Shown here piece after piece: positions 63,586-64,000 of a stretch of DNA of 64,000 bases (positions are counted from its first letter, which is position 1; each line of letters starts with the position of its first letter). Both the position numbers and the translations under genes were made by a program. The DNA is from Escherichia phage myPSH1131. The DNA is taken from the sequence record MG983840.1, one strand, 5' to 3'. The notes under the pieces are model-generated. The model was not told the origin of the DNA. It saw nothing but the letters and a program-made list of their open reading frames with translations, and did no database searches.

Positions 63586-63826
63586 TCAGACCATGATTAA
63601 GCAGGTTAGCCAGCGACAAATCACCGTCAATATAGATTGATCTGAAATCATCGCGGGTAATTTCGAAATCAGCAAAGGCTAGCCAATCTTTAAGAGGCTG
63701 ATATTCCATCCTGCAAAAAGTGATAACAGGCAAGATTATCTGACCATCAAGTGTATTAAACAGGATAGAGCTTCCACCAACAAAACAAGAAAAGCCATTA
63801 GATAACTTAATTTCTTTGATAGCCAT
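63560..63826 (-). CDS. hypothetical protein (88 aa)
   Basis: ORF overlapping downstream gene start. Confidence 0.35.
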   Translation of the reverse strand: MAIKEIKLSNGFSCFVGGSSILFNTLDGQIILPVITFCRMEYQPLKDWLAFADFEITRDDFRSIYIDGDLSLANLLNHGLIGDDTNGK

Positions 63827-64000
63827 TTTTACACTCCCAAAATAGGTTATTTTACTTACTAGCCTTAATGCAGTTGGCTAAATTAACGTGAACGGTATAA
63901 ACAGCGTTATCAGCGTTATTGTAAATAGTCGTGGCGATCATCGACTCATTGATCGGGCCATAGCTCACAAGATTAGTAACGGCTTTAACGTCTTCATAAC

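Overview
This window reads as a tailed-phage genome segment from a Gram-negative host (AGGAG-type ribosome-binding sites, a lipobox spanin, intrinsic terminators), with AT-rich composition by eye. Layout: (i) 1-14.3 kb, + strand, virion/tail module: tail or fiber proteins, an SLT-type lytic transglycosylase, Q/N/G-rich and coiled-coil internal virion proteins, followed by a diverged second copy of three of these genes with an HNH endonuclease inserted. (ii) 14.5-53.5 kb, - strand, replication and nucleotide-metabolism module: HNH endonucleases, FEN-type 5'-3' exonuclease, P-loop kinase, ECF-sigma-like protein, overlapping spanin pair, SSB, metallophosphoesterase, family A DNA polymerase domain, PhoH, ThyX-like remnant, dCTP-deaminase-like protein, CCA/poly(A)-polymerase-like nucleotidyltransferase, DnaQ-like exonuclease domain, T7-gp4-like primase-helicase. 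(iii) Within that, 39-53 kb carries the most interesting content: a cluster of glutamate/glutamine-handling enzymes (GGCT-like, ATP-grasp, class-II glutamine-amidotransferase-like, amidoligase-like) with unknown partners, a candidate small-molecule or peptide ligation/modification system. (iv) 53.5-64 kb, - strand, early-like region of many small proteins including a 7-member paralog family, an HTH protein, and about 1.7 kb of low-coding DNA with a repeated TTAAAGAGCG motif. The window is unusually rich in diverged segmental duplications, truncated gene copies and mosaic junctions; these are either real recombination products or an assembly chimera and need read-level validation. No rRNA, tRNA, CRISPR array, integrase or transposase was recognised. 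All calls come from reading the ORF translations and the DNA by eye; no searches were run.
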